Virus record (IMG/VR): IMGVR_UViG_3300042258_000071 | Coordinates: 128,001-192,000 of that record | Length of the DNA: 64,000 nt | DNA from: a virus | Taxonomy: Duplodnaviria; Caudoviricetes | Direction: 5' to 3' (one strand) | In this document: positions 9,312 through 19,173 of the stretch, piece after piece | How positions within the stretch are numbered: position 1 is the stretch's first letter | Layout: the number at the start of each line of letters is the position of its first letter | Made by a program: the position numbers and the translations under genes | Notes under the pieces: model-generated | The model's input: the letters and a program-made list of their open reading frames with translations, nothing else | Database searches by the model: none | Told to the model about the DNA's origin: nothing

Positions 9312-10529
9312 ATGATGAATCAAGACCGTAGTCTTCAAAAGAAGTTCTTTTTGAAGAGATCATATGACTATGATCGACCTATTGGCCGACAACCCTATTT
9401 AATTGAAGATAATGTCATCGCTCCAGGGGTTCGGGTCAACCTATTTGACCTGTCACAATACGACAATCCTAACTATGACACTGAGAATTTGGATACTTGG
9501 GTGTCAGAGGGCGCTGCAGTTGAATCGATACTGGTCGAAGTGATACAAGCTTCTTCACCAGCTATTGTTGAGAAGTTCACAGTTCCGATGCCGATGGCGG
9601 CGGGGCCGTATGATGCCAGTCGATTCACAGCACCTGATAACCAGCAGGACTCTTCTGTTCGTATTGCAAAAGTGATGAATTTTCCAGTTCTCCTAATGCC
9701 TGGTATAATGCCTAGTAAATTTCAATCCAATGGTAGCCCGTCTGTCATCTTCGAAGATACTGACGAGTCTACATCCATTCATCTCTCGATCTCCTTCCAT
9801 GGGGACCTCGATCTGAAGACGGGTCATGTTTCCGGGTATCCGGAAGTTTCATCATGGGAGTGTTCCAAAAACCGAACGGAGACTAAGTCTATCATCTCAG
9901 TAAAAGCAATTGGATGGACAATCGCCGCCTATTACCTACCACCTACTTCTTCCACTGCCTTTCATGGACTTTTACAGCGTAATAACAAGAATACGCTGGG
10001 CCAAGATGTTGAAGTTATCAAAACACCTGATACCCCAAAGGAATCATTGGAAAACTCTGTGCATCAAAATGACTTGGCATTATCCGCATCACACCGGCGC
10101 ACCCAAATTTCAGAGGTGATAGAACATGTGATGGGACCTGTAGAATTTATGGGTTCAACCACGACAGATCAATACACTGAGGCGCAATATCTGTCCCCTG
10201 AGAGTTTGAAAGGAGCTGATACCTATCGTCGAAAAGAGGTCTTTGGTTTTACCATCAAAGCTCTCAAATCAGGGTCCCCTTATATGAAATGGGGGTATGT
10301 TGACACGTATGATACCTTCACCATTCGAGGAGATCGAATCGTCAGGGATTGTTGTAAAAACCGAGTCCTTCTTAAATACATATGGATCAGTTCTAACGAT
10401 GGTCTTAAAATTATGGAAGAGGGGTCTTTCATATCTATGAAAGAGGCCTATGAGCATCTTGCTAAGAAGCTGATGAGTCCAGAGTGCCAAGACATCGTTG
10501 AACATGCTTTGTATAAAATTCAGGATTAG
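9312..10529 (+). CDS. hypothetical protein; N-terminal half possibly derived from a jumbo-phage major capsid domain
   Basis: 405 aa with GGAG RBS; VNLFDLSQ…VSEGAAVESILVEV…KAIGWTIAA recalled as resembling a phiKZ-type MCP segment (unverified). Confidence 0.45.
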   Translation: MMNQDRSLQKKFFLKRSYDYDRPIGRQPYLIEDNVIAPGVRVNLFDLSQYDNPNYDTENLDTWVSEGAAVESILVEVIQASSPAIVEKFTVPMPMAAGPYDASRFTAPDNQQDSSVRIAKVMNFPVLLMPGIMPSKFQSNGSPSVIFEDTDESTSIHLSISFHGDLDLKTGHVSGYPEVSSWECSKNRTETKSIISVKAIGWTIAAYYLPPTSSTAFHGLLQRNNKNTLGQDVEVIKTPDTPKESLENSVHQNDLALSASHRRTQISEVIEHVMGPVEFMGSTTTDQYTEAQYLSPESLKGADTYRRKEVFGFTIKALKSGSPYMKWGYVDTYDTFTIRGDRIVRDCCKNRVLLKYIWISSNDGLKIMEEGSFISMKEAYEHLAKKLMSPECQDIVEHALYKIQD

Positions 10530-10544
10530 CAGCACGTGGTTTTC

Positions 10545-10578
10545 AAATAAAGAGGGTATTATCCCTCTTTATTTTTTT
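10545..10578 (+). terminator. intrinsic terminator
   Basis: AAATAAAGAGGG/CCCTCTTTATTT plus T-run. Confidence 0.7.
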
Positions 10579-10598
10579 CCTCAATTAACATAGAAACA

Positions 10599-10606
10599 TA
10601 TATTAC
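10599..10606 (+). promoter_or_regulatory. phiKZ-type early promoter motif TATATTAC
   Basis: Exact motif in an intergenic region after a terminator. Confidence 0.7.
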
Positions 10607-10751
10607 TAATATGAAACTCACACTTTACAAAGAAGAATTTATAAGTAATTTGATTACAAGATAACATAAGAGAGTGTGGAATAAAGTCCACACTCTCTTA
10701 TGTTACTTTAATGATAAAGCATAATAAAGTACCATCTAATGTCCTCTAAAA

Positions 10752-11933
10752 TTGGAGAAACCAATGCTACCACTGCCGATGTGCGCACATCCGCAACCAT
10801 GGACATATCTAGTAACCAATCTTGCAACTTCAGCACCCAATGTATCTATTCAGAACGATTCTGAGGTTTCAAAGTTTGTTCTTGAAGTTGCAGAAGATTA
10901 TACCCTTCCTGAAAAAGTGTATGGTACAATTCTACCCGATTCAGAGCGTATTATCAAGACATTCTTAGATCGTAAAGGTATCTCTACCGGGACACTCCTC
11001 ACAGGTGAGAAGGGTGGGGGGAAGACTCTTCTTATGAAAGCTATCAGTGTTATTGGACGACAATATAATCTCCCTACCTACATTATCAATAAACCTTATT
11101 CGGGAGACGCCTTTAATTCGTTTATACAGTCTCTCCCTTCAGGAATTATTAATATTGATGAATATGAGAAAGTTTATGGATCCCATGTTGCTCAAACAAA
11201 ACTTCTTACCATTTTAGATGGAATTATTAAAACCCATAAACTATGGATCTTTACCTGTAACGAGAAATATGCTGTCGATGGAAGAATGATCAATCGACCT
11301 GGTCGTCTTTATTATTATCGAGATTATTCTGGATTGTCTGAAGAAGAGATCATTGAATATTGTGATGATCAACTTAAAGATCTATCTCAAACAAAGGACA
11401 TTCTTGAAATAGCAGCTCTCTTTAAAGCCTTTACATTTGATATGGTAAAGAGTTTGGTGGAAGAAATGAACCGTTACGAGTTTACCGCTAAACGTGCTAT
11501 TGAGTTCTTAAATATTAAACCTGAAAATGCAGCTCAGGTTGAATACATTGTCTCTGTATTTACAGGGGATAAAACTCTTGAAGGTGGACAACTTAATGGA
11601 TCGACACGAATCCATGGCCACCCTAAATATTACAGGTCCCTGATTAACCTAAACTATCGGGGAGATGATAATACCTTAAAATCGATCACGATGATACCTT
11701 CAGAAGTCGGAATGAAAATCTCTGATGATGGGAAATGTTTATATGCTCAGGCAGCCACTGGTGAAGTTGTGATCTTTACAAAGAAAGATGTTCCAAAACC
11801 AGATCTTGTGAATATGGAGCGCGGGGACCTTTCACAGTTCACAGTCTCACAACAACTACAGAACACCCCTAGAGATGAGACCCTGCGACCGCAAGGGTTA
11901 TCACCTATGAATTTCCCATTTCAACAACTATGA
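10752..11933 (+). CDS. AAA+ ATPase
   Basis: Walker A GEKGGGKT, Walker B INIDEYEK, sensor FTCN, arginine finger NRPGR. Confidence 0.85.
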   Translation: MEKPMLPLPMCAHPQPWTYLVTNLATSAPNVSIQNDSEVSKFVLEVAEDYTLPEKVYGTILPDSERIIKTFLDRKGISTGTLLTGEKGGGKTLLMKAISVIGRQYNLPTYIINKPYSGDAFNSFIQSLPSGIINIDEYEKVYGSHVAQTKLLTILDGIIKTHKLWIFTCNEKYAVDGRMINRPGRLYYYRDYSGLSEEEIIEYCDDQLKDLSQTKDILEIAALFKAFTFDMVKSLVEEMNRYEFTAKRAIEFLNIKPENAAQVEYIVSVFTGDKTLEGGQLNGSTRIHGHPKYYRSLINLNYRGDDNTLKSITMIPSEVGMKISDDGKCLYAQAATGEVVIFTKKDVPKPDLVNMERGDLSQFTVSQQLQNTPRDETLRPQGLSPMNFPFQQL

Positions 11934-11953
11934 ATCGTGAGATGTTACTTTAG

Positions 11954-11993
11954 AATAAGAGTGGAGATATATTTCTCCCTCTTATTTTTTTTT
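11954..11993 (+). terminator. intrinsic terminator
   Basis: AATAAGAGTGGAGA/TCTCCCTCTTATT stem followed by a long T-run. Confidence 0.7.
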
Positions 11994-12089
11994 GTCTCAT
12001 TTCAATTATGACGAAAATGTTATAGCATACTCCAGAGTTTTATTGGGGTACGTATTTTTTAAATAGTTTCCCATGGGGAGTCCCTTATC

Positions 12090-12911
12090 ATGAGCCTTGC
12101 ACTTGAAAAATCATTTGACACGATTTCTTTTGTAGTTGAAACCTTGATCGTCAGAAACGGTAAGAAGCTTAAACGTCTCACACCTGACGAACATGGTTAC
12201 TACGGCAATTTCCCAATTGCCGTTATTGGGGGTAAAACTCGAAACGACACGTTTTATGAAGCTCCTGAATTTTTATCTCAAATTCAATCTGAAAAATCAT
12301 ATTTTAACATGATGCTTCGCGATGGAACTCTTTATGGTGAATTGGGCCATCCAAAACTCGACAACATGAGCCATCAAGAGCAGCTCAACCGACTCGTGCA
12401 CATTGATGAAAGTCGCGTGTCTCACCATTTTCGTAAAGTTACCAATGGAGAAAAACTTTCCTCAGGTGGAACTATAGTACTTGCAGATATTAAACCCCAT
12501 GGTGAGAAGGGATATGTTGTTAAAGAAAATTTGTCTGAACCTTATATGAACACATCATTTTCTCTTCGATCCATTACCCAGGATCGTCAAGACCCATCGG
12601 GTGTTCTTTATCGCAAGATGCGCAAACTCATAACGTTCGACTATGTTCTTGCTGGTGGGTATGAAGAAGCTTCTAAGAGATACATAGTTGGGAATGAAGG
12701 TGTTCGGATTAAGCTTGATCCTGCAAACGATATTGCCCTTCTTCAGGAAGTTGCTTTAGAACATTTTACGATGAAAGAACTCTCTGATATCTTTGGAACC
12801 AAACAGGTTCTACTCCATAAACGCCAAGTTACAGTGATCAAAGGGTCCGGGTTGTTTAAAGAGAATGGTGAGAATATGGCTCGATCCATCTACCATGAAC
12901 TTATTAAGTAA
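12090..12911 (+). CDS. prohead maturation protease (phiKZ gp175-like)
   Basis: LYGELGHP, VSHHF, FSLRS (catalytic Ser) and ITFDYV motifs of T4 gp21/phiKZ gp175 proteases. Confidence 0.85.
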   Translation: MSLALEKSFDTISFVVETLIVRNGKKLKRLTPDEHGYYGNFPIAVIGGKTRNDTFYEAPEFLSQIQSEKSYFNMMLRDGTLYGELGHPKLDNMSHQEQLNRLVHIDESRVSHHFRKVTNGEKLSSGGTIVLADIKPHGEKGYVVKENLSEPYMNTSFSLRSITQDRQDPSGVLYRKMRKLITFDYVLAGGYEEASKRYIVGNEGVRIKLDPANDIALLQEVALEHFTMKELSDIFGTKQVLLHKRQVTVIKGSGLFKENGENMARSIYHELIK

Positions 12912-12920
12912 GGAACAAAC

Positions 12921-13637
12921 ATGTTTGAACATTTAAATATGACCACTGACAGTCTTCTCACTGTAGGGGTTGAATCGTGTGATGCGCCCGTCCCTGATGA
13001 GGTGTGTGATACCGAGGATAATGATAAAAATATAAAAGTCGAGTATGGGGTGATTGAAGTCCCATTCCCGACACTTGCAACTCGAAACATTCACATCGCC
13101 GAACGTGTCGAGAACGATGTCGTTAAAAGTTACATGGTATATCTTGGTGATCTTATCGGATGCACCCCTGAAAATGATGAAATCGTTAATCACGTATGTT
13201 CTATTCTCGACATGGCCGTACCTGGTCTAACCGTTGATATTGTCATTAACACGTATGGCGGATCTCTCATCTCGGCGTCTCGTCTCGTATCTGCTATGCG
13301 TAACACTCAGGCAAATGTTACCACGATTGCACTTGGAAATGTCATGAGCGCAGGGACGTACATTTGGGCGAACGGGAAGAACAAAGTAGTCTACCCATCT
13401 TCTATATTTATGTTCCACAGTAGCTCCCATGGATCCTATGGGTTCACTGACATGATCGCAGAGACATCTGTCATCATAACTGAGTATTGCATTAAACACA
13501 CAATTGATCCGCTTGTAGAGTCTGGTATTCTTCTTAAAGACGAAAAGGATATGATTATGTCAGGTGAAGACTTTGTCCTCTCTGGGGTTATCGTTAATCA
13601 ACGTCTTTCTAAACCCACTTCTGAAGATAAGGAATAA
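12921..13637 (+). CDS. ClpP-family serine peptidase
   Basis: INTYGGSL, IALGNVMSAGT (catalytic Ser), FMFHS (catalytic His). Confidence 0.8.
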   Translation: MFEHLNMTTDSLLTVGVESCDAPVPDEVCDTEDNDKNIKVEYGVIEVPFPTLATRNIHIAERVENDVVKSYMVYLGDLIGCTPENDEIVNHVCSILDMAVPGLTVDIVINTYGGSLISASRLVSAMRNTQANVTTIALGNVMSAGTYIWANGKNKVVYPSSIFMFHSSSHGSYGFTDMIAETSVIITEYCIKHTIDPLVESGILLKDEKDMIMSGEDFVLSGVIVNQRLSKPTSEDKE

Positions 13638-13642
13638 TTATT

Positions 13643-14383
13643 ATGTCAAGTGTTCCAACAAATTTTGCAGTCGTGGATGCCGAAGGAAATGTCTCCTATG
13701 AGCATCTTGCTGTACCATCTGAAGATAAAAATATTCTCTTTGGAATTATGGGTGCAACTTCTAAGGAAGGTTTTGGTACAGAATCTTTTGCAGAACAAGT
13801 TGCAAATATTCGTGCATCTAAAGGTGGCGAAGGATCAAATTCTTACGCTCATTCTGTCCGTATTCATTATGTGAACGACGTTTATCACATTTATGGTAAT
13901 ATCTTTGAATTTGACAGTTTCATGGGGGTTGGGTCTCCCTTCATTGTGTGGATGCACGAACGCACAGATGCTGATACAGTTATTCTTCATCTATCCGACT
14001 GTCTTTCTAATGTAGGAGGGTCGTCTGCATATAGCATCATGCAGTATGTTGGTGTGATGGGTGCTATTGTATCTTCGAAAGCTAAAACCATTTTCTCAGT
14101 GGATTCCCTCACAGGGGGTCTTGGTACCTACTTTGCATTTTGCTGTGACGAAATAGATTATCGTCCAGAAGGTCAGTTGGCGTTCCTCCCGACGCGCGCC
14201 ATTAAGAGAGATGGTTACACTCAAGCTGTTAAATCTTTTGTAGATCACATTCTCAAAGGTGCTGTATCAAAAGGCTTCATCACTCAAGAAGATGTGGATA
14301 AAGTTTGTGGTGGCGTTACATGCATTCTTGTTTCTCTTCCTAAAGAAAACACTTCTGAAGATCCCGCATCTTTGACTGGATGA
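13643..14383 (+). CDS. degenerate ClpP-fold paralogue (probably inactive)
   Basis: Collinear with upstream ClpP but TGGLGTY replaces VMSAGTY and LAFLP replaces FMFHS. Confidence 0.5.
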   Translation: MSSVPTNFAVVDAEGNVSYEHLAVPSEDKNILFGIMGATSKEGFGTESFAEQVANIRASKGGEGSNSYAHSVRIHYVNDVYHIYGNIFEFDSFMGVGSPFIVWMHERTDADTVILHLSDCLSNVGGSSAYSIMQYVGVMGAIVSSKAKTIFSVDSLTGGLGTYFAFCCDEIDYRPEGQLAFLPTRAIKRDGYTQAVKSFVDHILKGAVSKGFITQEDVDKVCGGVTCILVSLPKENTSEDPASLTG

Positions 14384-14391
14384 TTTAAAAA

Positions 14392-14427
14392 ATATAAGAG
14401 AGGTGGGATCTCCCACCTCTCTTATAT
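14392..14427 (+). terminator. 17-bp stem hairpin
   Basis: ATATAAGAGAGGTGGGA-TC-TCCCACCTCTCTTATAT. Confidence 0.7.
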
Positions 14428-14513
14428 CTATATATCGTGTTGCTCATATAAATACAGATATATATTCCTATCATGATCTTGCTTAAGCATCGTTATCATT
14501 TAGGGGATCTAAA

Positions 14514-14726
14514 ATGAAATGTGAAGCATTCGCTCTCACAGCGTGTATCATAGCACTTGGTGCCAGCTCGCTGATGCGCATGTGTGCACAGAAGATGGAA
14601 CAAGAGCTCATCTTCGATGCAGAGAAGGAAGGGAAAGGTCTGGTCAAGATCGGTAATGAGGATCGGACCGGTATCTTCATGTCACTTGTTGACGTGGACA
14701 TCATCGACGATACTAACGCCGCGTGA
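14514..14726 (+). CDS. small hypothetical early protein with hydrophobic N-terminus
   Basis: 70 aa, GGGG RBS, downstream of TATATTCC promoter variant at 14461. Confidence 0.5.
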   Translation: MKCEAFALTACIIALGASSLMRMCAQKMEQELIFDAEKEGKGLVKIGNEDRTGIFMSLVDVDIIDDTNAA

Positions 14727-14768
14727 ACCAACCTTTTTCATACCTCAGATTAAAAGAGAGGCTTTAAA

Positions 14769-15050
14769 ATGCGTATCCTTCCAACCCTGCTCATCGGCCT
14801 GTCCGCAACCTTCCTTGTTATGGAGAGTAAATCTTTCCTCAACAAGAAGAAAACCTATGATGCCCTTCGCAAGCAACTCTGGGATGACGACCCAGAAACT
14901 GAAGGTGAAGTCGTAGAGTTTTCTGCACATCACACGAAAACCGATGACACCTTCGAGGCGAAAGGGCCATCACCCCACATGGGAAGTCACGTCGTCCGCA
15001 GAGATTATTCTGATGGCCCTGAACCTTACCCGATTAGTGAGAGCACCTGA
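14769..15050 (+). CDS. small hypothetical protein with N-terminal signal/TM segment
   Basis: 93 aa, GAGG RBS, followed by a hairpin at 15058-15081. Confidence 0.55.
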   Translation: MRILPTLLIGLSATFLVMESKSFLNKKKTYDALRKQLWDDDPETEGEVVEFSAHHTKTDDTFEAKGPSPHMGSHVVRRDYSDGPEPYPISEST

Positions 15051-15220
15051 CCCATACACCCAGAGGTATCATCCTCTGGGTACTCTTCTCTAAATGTTTT
15101 ATTTTTTGTATAAAAAGTCTACATATGGTCACATATTTTATGTGAGATACTGCCAATTTAGGTAGGTTCAGGTAGAGATACGTATATGGATTTTTTAAGA
15201 GTATTAGAAGGTGTTTATAA

Positions 15221-17818
15221 ATGATATTTTACAGATCAGATTGGACAGATGTAAATGGTGTTCCACAGGCAATGGCTGATCTTGGAACCCGTAATACTTC
15301 CTTTAGAAGATTAGCCCTTCTCTATCGCAAGCTTGGTATTAAAAATGATCGATTCCACCTCGCTCTTACACAACCAAGTATTGCAAAATATGACCCGCAT
15401 AATCTAACAGATCCGTCCATTGAATTGCGCATGAAGATTGCACATGAAGCATCTATCAACCCTTGGTATTATTTAAGGGAAGTTGTTAGGATTGGGGAGT
15501 CTGGTGGTAACCCTTCTTCGTTCCAAGCACACCGTGCAAATATCGCTATGGCGTGGTGTTTCTATCAGAGTATTGATTATATTGCCATTCAAGCACGTCA
15601 GACGGGTAAAGAACAACCTCTTAGATCAAAACTTAAGACCCCTACAGGGTGGTTGCATATGGGGGATGTTCGAGTAGGATCTGTTCTCCTAGCACCAGAT
15701 GGTACTTCGACTCAAGTTACTGAAGTCTTCCCTCAAGGTGTTAAAAACATCTATCGTATCACTTTTGAGGATGGTCGTACTGCAGAATGTGGCGAAGACC
15801 ATTTATGGGATGTTTATGATCAGAACCTTTCACCAAACACAGTAAACTGGGAAACCATCTCTTTAAAAGATATTCTAACACGATTTAAAATAAGTAGAGA
15901 AGGTCTTTATATTCCCCGTGCGATTTGGGATACACCGTCTCAAAACTTTATGTTACAAATAAAATCTATTAGACTTATTAGTCAAGAAGAAGCTCAATGC
16001 ATTACTGTTGATCATCCTTCTAATTTATATGTAACAGATAATGAAATCGTAACACATAATACAATTGGGGCTATTACCATTGAATCTCACTTGATTTATC
16101 TTGCTGGGAGAAACATGGAAATTGCTATGATCACAAAAGACAGTGGTCTTCTTCAAGCAAACGTTTCTCGTCTTAAAGGGATTCGAGATGAGCTCCCTGA
16201 ATGGATGATTTTTAAACAGTCTAAGGACTCTGATAATAAAGAAGGTGTCATCTATTCTAAGCTTAACAACATTTACAGTACACACATCGGAAATATGTCA
16301 CCACGGGCAGCGGATAAGGTAGGTCGTGGTCTTTCAGTTCCTGACATTCACTATGACGAACCTCCGTGGATCAATAATTTTAAAGTCATTTGGGATGCCG
16401 CTAAACCTGCTATGAGTAAAGCAGGAGAGAATGCTAGAAAGAACGGCATGCCCAGTGCAACTATCTTAACAACAACGGCCTCGAGGATCGATACACCTGA
16501 AGGGTCATTTACATATGAACTTGTTCAAGGCGCCATGCCTTTCTCTGAAAAACTCTATGATCAAGAAAATCACGAACAGACACGAAGTGTTATTAATAAT
16601 AACTCTGTCAATGGCATGGTTAATGGAACGTTTAGTTATCTTCAACTCGGTAAAACACATGCCTGGTTTATTCAAGAGACTAAGAACATTGCAAATAAAT
16701 CTTCTGTAGATCATGATTATTTAAATATGTGGAAAACCGGCGTTCATGATTCCGCCCTATCAGATAGAGATATTAAGAGACTCAAATCTGAAGAAGGGGA
16801 ACCAGTTTATGTACAGATCACCCCAGAGGGTCTTGCGATTTCATGGTATATCACTGAAGAAGAGGTTACTAGCACATCTTTTAAAAATCGTAAGATTATC
16901 TGGGGCACAGACTCTTCTCAGAATGTTGGTGTGGATTTTACAACCTTTGTAGGTGTTGATACTAAAACCCTTAAAACTGTTGGAACCTTTAGGTGTAACA
17001 CTTCTCGTATTTTAAGTATAGCTTTTTTCATCGGATTCTTCCTTGTTAATAATCCAGGGCACACCTGGATCCCTGAAGCTAAAAGTACAGGGTCGGTTAT
17101 GATAGAGACTGTCTGTGAGATCCTTAAGAAACATGGAATTAACCCTTTCACCAGGATCTTTAACTACATCATTCAGCGTTCTAATGAAGAGACTTTTGGT
17201 AAGATAGATATCACAGATATGTCACATCTTGAAACCTCTGTTCGAAAGTATATGGGATTCATGACGTCAGGTCGGACACGTCCATATCTTTTTGGGAAGA
17301 TCTTAAGTCAGGCGGTCCGTCTTGCTGCTGAAAAGGTTTTTGATAGAACCATCGTCATGGAGCTCTCTGGTCTAAGTGTTCGAAATGGACGTATAGATCA
17401 TGATAAGGGTAGCCATGATGATTCAGCTGTGGCATGGCTCTTATGCTTTTGGTTTATTTTTGAAGGTAAACATCTTCATAAATACGGTTTTAAAGAAGAT
17501 GACATTATCTCTCTAGATCTCATTGATGATGAGGGTAAAAGCTTAGACCCCGAGTATGTTGCCCATCAGAAGTCCTTACGATCTCAAATTCATCATTATG
17601 AAAAACTTATTTCAGAAACAAGTTCCCCTATGATTAAACAAAAATATAGCCAGATCATATCCGATCTTAAAGAAAATCTAGATGATGCTATGACAGAGGA
17701 AGTCATTTCAGTAAACAAAGTTTCAAAATCTATTTCAAATGCAAAATCTCCACAGACCGTAGAACGTGAGAGAGAGTTTCATTCTAAAGCATTTGAGTAT
17801 ATAAACCTGTTAAGTTAA
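15221..17818 (+). CDS. terL: terminase large subunit, intein-containing
   Basis: NPWYYLRE motif, Walker A QARQTGK|T (after intein removal), Walker B IHYDE, LTTTA coupling motif, RNase H-like GTDSS…HDDSA. Confidence 0.85.
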   Translation: MIFYRSDWTDVNGVPQAMADLGTRNTSFRRLALLYRKLGIKNDRFHLALTQPSIAKYDPHNLTDPSIELRMKIAHEASINPWYYLREVVRIGESGGNPSSFQAHRANIAMAWCFYQSIDYIAIQARQTGKEQPLRSKLKTPTGWLHMGDVRVGSVLLAPDGTSTQVTEVFPQGVKNIYRITFEDGRTAECGEDHLWDVYDQNLSPNTVNWETISLKDILTRFKISREGLYIPRAIWDTPSQNFMLQIKSIRLISQEEAQCITVDHPSNLYVTDNEIVTHNTIGAITIESHLIYLAGRNMEIAMITKDSGLLQANVSRLKGIRDELPEWMIFKQSKDSDNKEGVIYSKLNNIYSTHIGNMSPRAADKVGRGLSVPDIHYDEPPWINNFKVIWDAAKPAMSKAGENARKNGMPSATILTTTASRIDTPEGSFTYELVQGAMPFSEKLYDQENHEQTRSVINNNSVNGMVNGTFSYLQLGKTHAWFIQETKNIANKSSVDHDYLNMWKTGVHDSALSDRDIKRLKSEEGEPVYVQITPEGLAISWYITEEEVTSTSFKNRKIIWGTDSSQNVGVDFTTFVGVDTKTLKTVGTFRCNTSRILSIAFFIGFFLVNNPGHTWIPEAKSTGSVMIETVCEILKKHGINPFTRIFNYIIQRSNEETFGKIDITDMSHLETSVRKYMGFMTSGRTRPYLFGKILSQAVRLAAEKVFDRTIVMELSGLSVRNGRIDHDKGSHDDSAVAWLLCFWFIFEGKHLHKYGFKEDDIISLDLIDDEGKSLDPEYVAHQKSLRSQIHHYEKLISETSSPMIKQKYSQIISDLKENLDDAMTEEVISVNKVSKSISNAKSPQTVEREREFHSKAFEYINLLS
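15611..16060 (+). mobile_element. 150-aa class-3-type mini-intein in the terminase Walker A
   Basis: Begins EQPL (no Cys/Ser), block B HLW, block F AQCITV, block G VTHN followed by +1 Thr; no homing endonuclease. Confidence 0.8.
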
Positions 17819-17828
17819 AGGTAGGTCC

Positions 17829-19100
17829 ATGTCAGCCCATATTCGAAATCGATTTCAAGAACTTGGGATCATCATTGGTCCTAAGGAGATAGAGGGGATG
17901 TTTAAGATTGTTACAAATTTTGAACTAAGATCCACACATCCCCTCGCATTAAACTCCCCACTCATTGGGGTGTATGCCATTTCTTTTATTGACAACATTG
18001 ACGCACGTGCAATGTTTGATCTCTTTAAAGTAAGAGAAGATGACCTTAGACGGATGATTAAGGAGATCCCGTCTATAGACAATTCCTTTCGCGTATTTTC
18101 AGATCCGTTCAATCTTTTATGCATATGGGTTGTACATCTAGGACTCATCACAATTAAAAACCCGACACAACGAGAAGAATTCTGTCTTAATGTTTTAAAA
18201 CTTCTAAATTATAAATTTTTTACAGGGATCGTTAATAGAGCTTTTAAATATCTTGCAGATGAAAAAGTCATGGCAGCAACTCTAGATGGACTATCTCGAA
18301 AATCTAAAATTAAAGTATATGGCACTTGGAAAAAGCTTATTGAAGCAAGATGTAAATCTATTTTGTCCTATGACAAGCATTATAAAGCCCTCATAGATGC
18401 TGCTCCTGATATAGGCTCTCCCAACAAACCCGCTAGTCTCCAATACGTCTTAACGGATACTCGCACACGCATGGTTGATCGGGTTAAAAATGTTACAGAT
18501 GCGTTTTATCAGACACGTGTATCAGGATCTGTGATTAAGAGTACGAGTTCAACACGAGGTGTTGGGGATGAAAAGTATATTGTAGAAATTAATTCAACCA
18601 TCGAATCTATGGTAGTAGGAATTGTATCTCAACTTAATAATGCCAACTCGTTCTTAGATTACAATCTCATACGGACTGTTACGAAACAGTATCGAGCGGT
18701 ATCTTCTGATAACCTTAAAAAGATTTTAACACAAATGACACTTTTATATAGAGATCAAATTTTAAATAAGACTCTAGATACACCCCTCATTGTTAAAGCC
18801 GATAAGACTGATGTTGGTATTAGAATCTTGATTAAAGACATCATTCAAAATGGATTTAGATATAGCGTAACAAATGGTGTCTCCCCTAATGATTTTAGGG
18901 CAACTTATTTCAAAATCATTGATGGGTATTCATCTTCGCGTATTGCAGATGAGGGGATTAAAAGTGTTAGAGACCGACTTATTATTCTGGTTGATAATGT
19001 AACACATATCACACGTGAGAATACGAAGTCTTCCTTTAGACTTGCAATCATCAGTTACATCATTTTAAAATCGATATCCTTAAGTAAGTCCTTTGACTAA
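17829..19100 (+). CDS. conserved phiKZ-like protein, function unknown
   Basis: 423 aa directly after the terminase; RBS present. Confidence 0.55.
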   Translation: MSAHIRNRFQELGIIIGPKEIEGMFKIVTNFELRSTHPLALNSPLIGVYAISFIDNIDARAMFDLFKVREDDLRRMIKEIPSIDNSFRVFSDPFNLLCIWVVHLGLITIKNPTQREEFCLNVLKLLNYKFFTGIVNRAFKYLADEKVMAATLDGLSRKSKIKVYGTWKKLIEARCKSILSYDKHYKALIDAAPDIGSPNKPASLQYVLTDTRTRMVDRVKNVTDAFYQTRVSGSVIKSTSSTRGVGDEKYIVEINSTIESMVVGIVSQLNNANSFLDYNLIRTVTKQYRAVSSDNLKKILTQMTLLYRDQILNKTLDTPLIVKADKTDVGIRILIKDIIQNGFRYSVTNGVSPNDFRATYFKIIDGYSSSRIADEGIKSVRDRLIILVDNVTHITRENTKSSFRLAIISYIILKSISLSKSFD

Positions 19101-19110
19101 CAGATACATG

Positions 19111-19140
19111 AGAGAGAGGTGGGATATCCCACCTCTCTCT
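19111..19140. terminator. bidirectional terminator-like perfect palindrome
   Basis: AGAGAGAGGTGGGATATCCCACCTCTCTCT between convergent genes. Confidence 0.75.
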
Positions 19141-19173
19141 ATGATCATACGACTTGAACATCTATATTACTTT

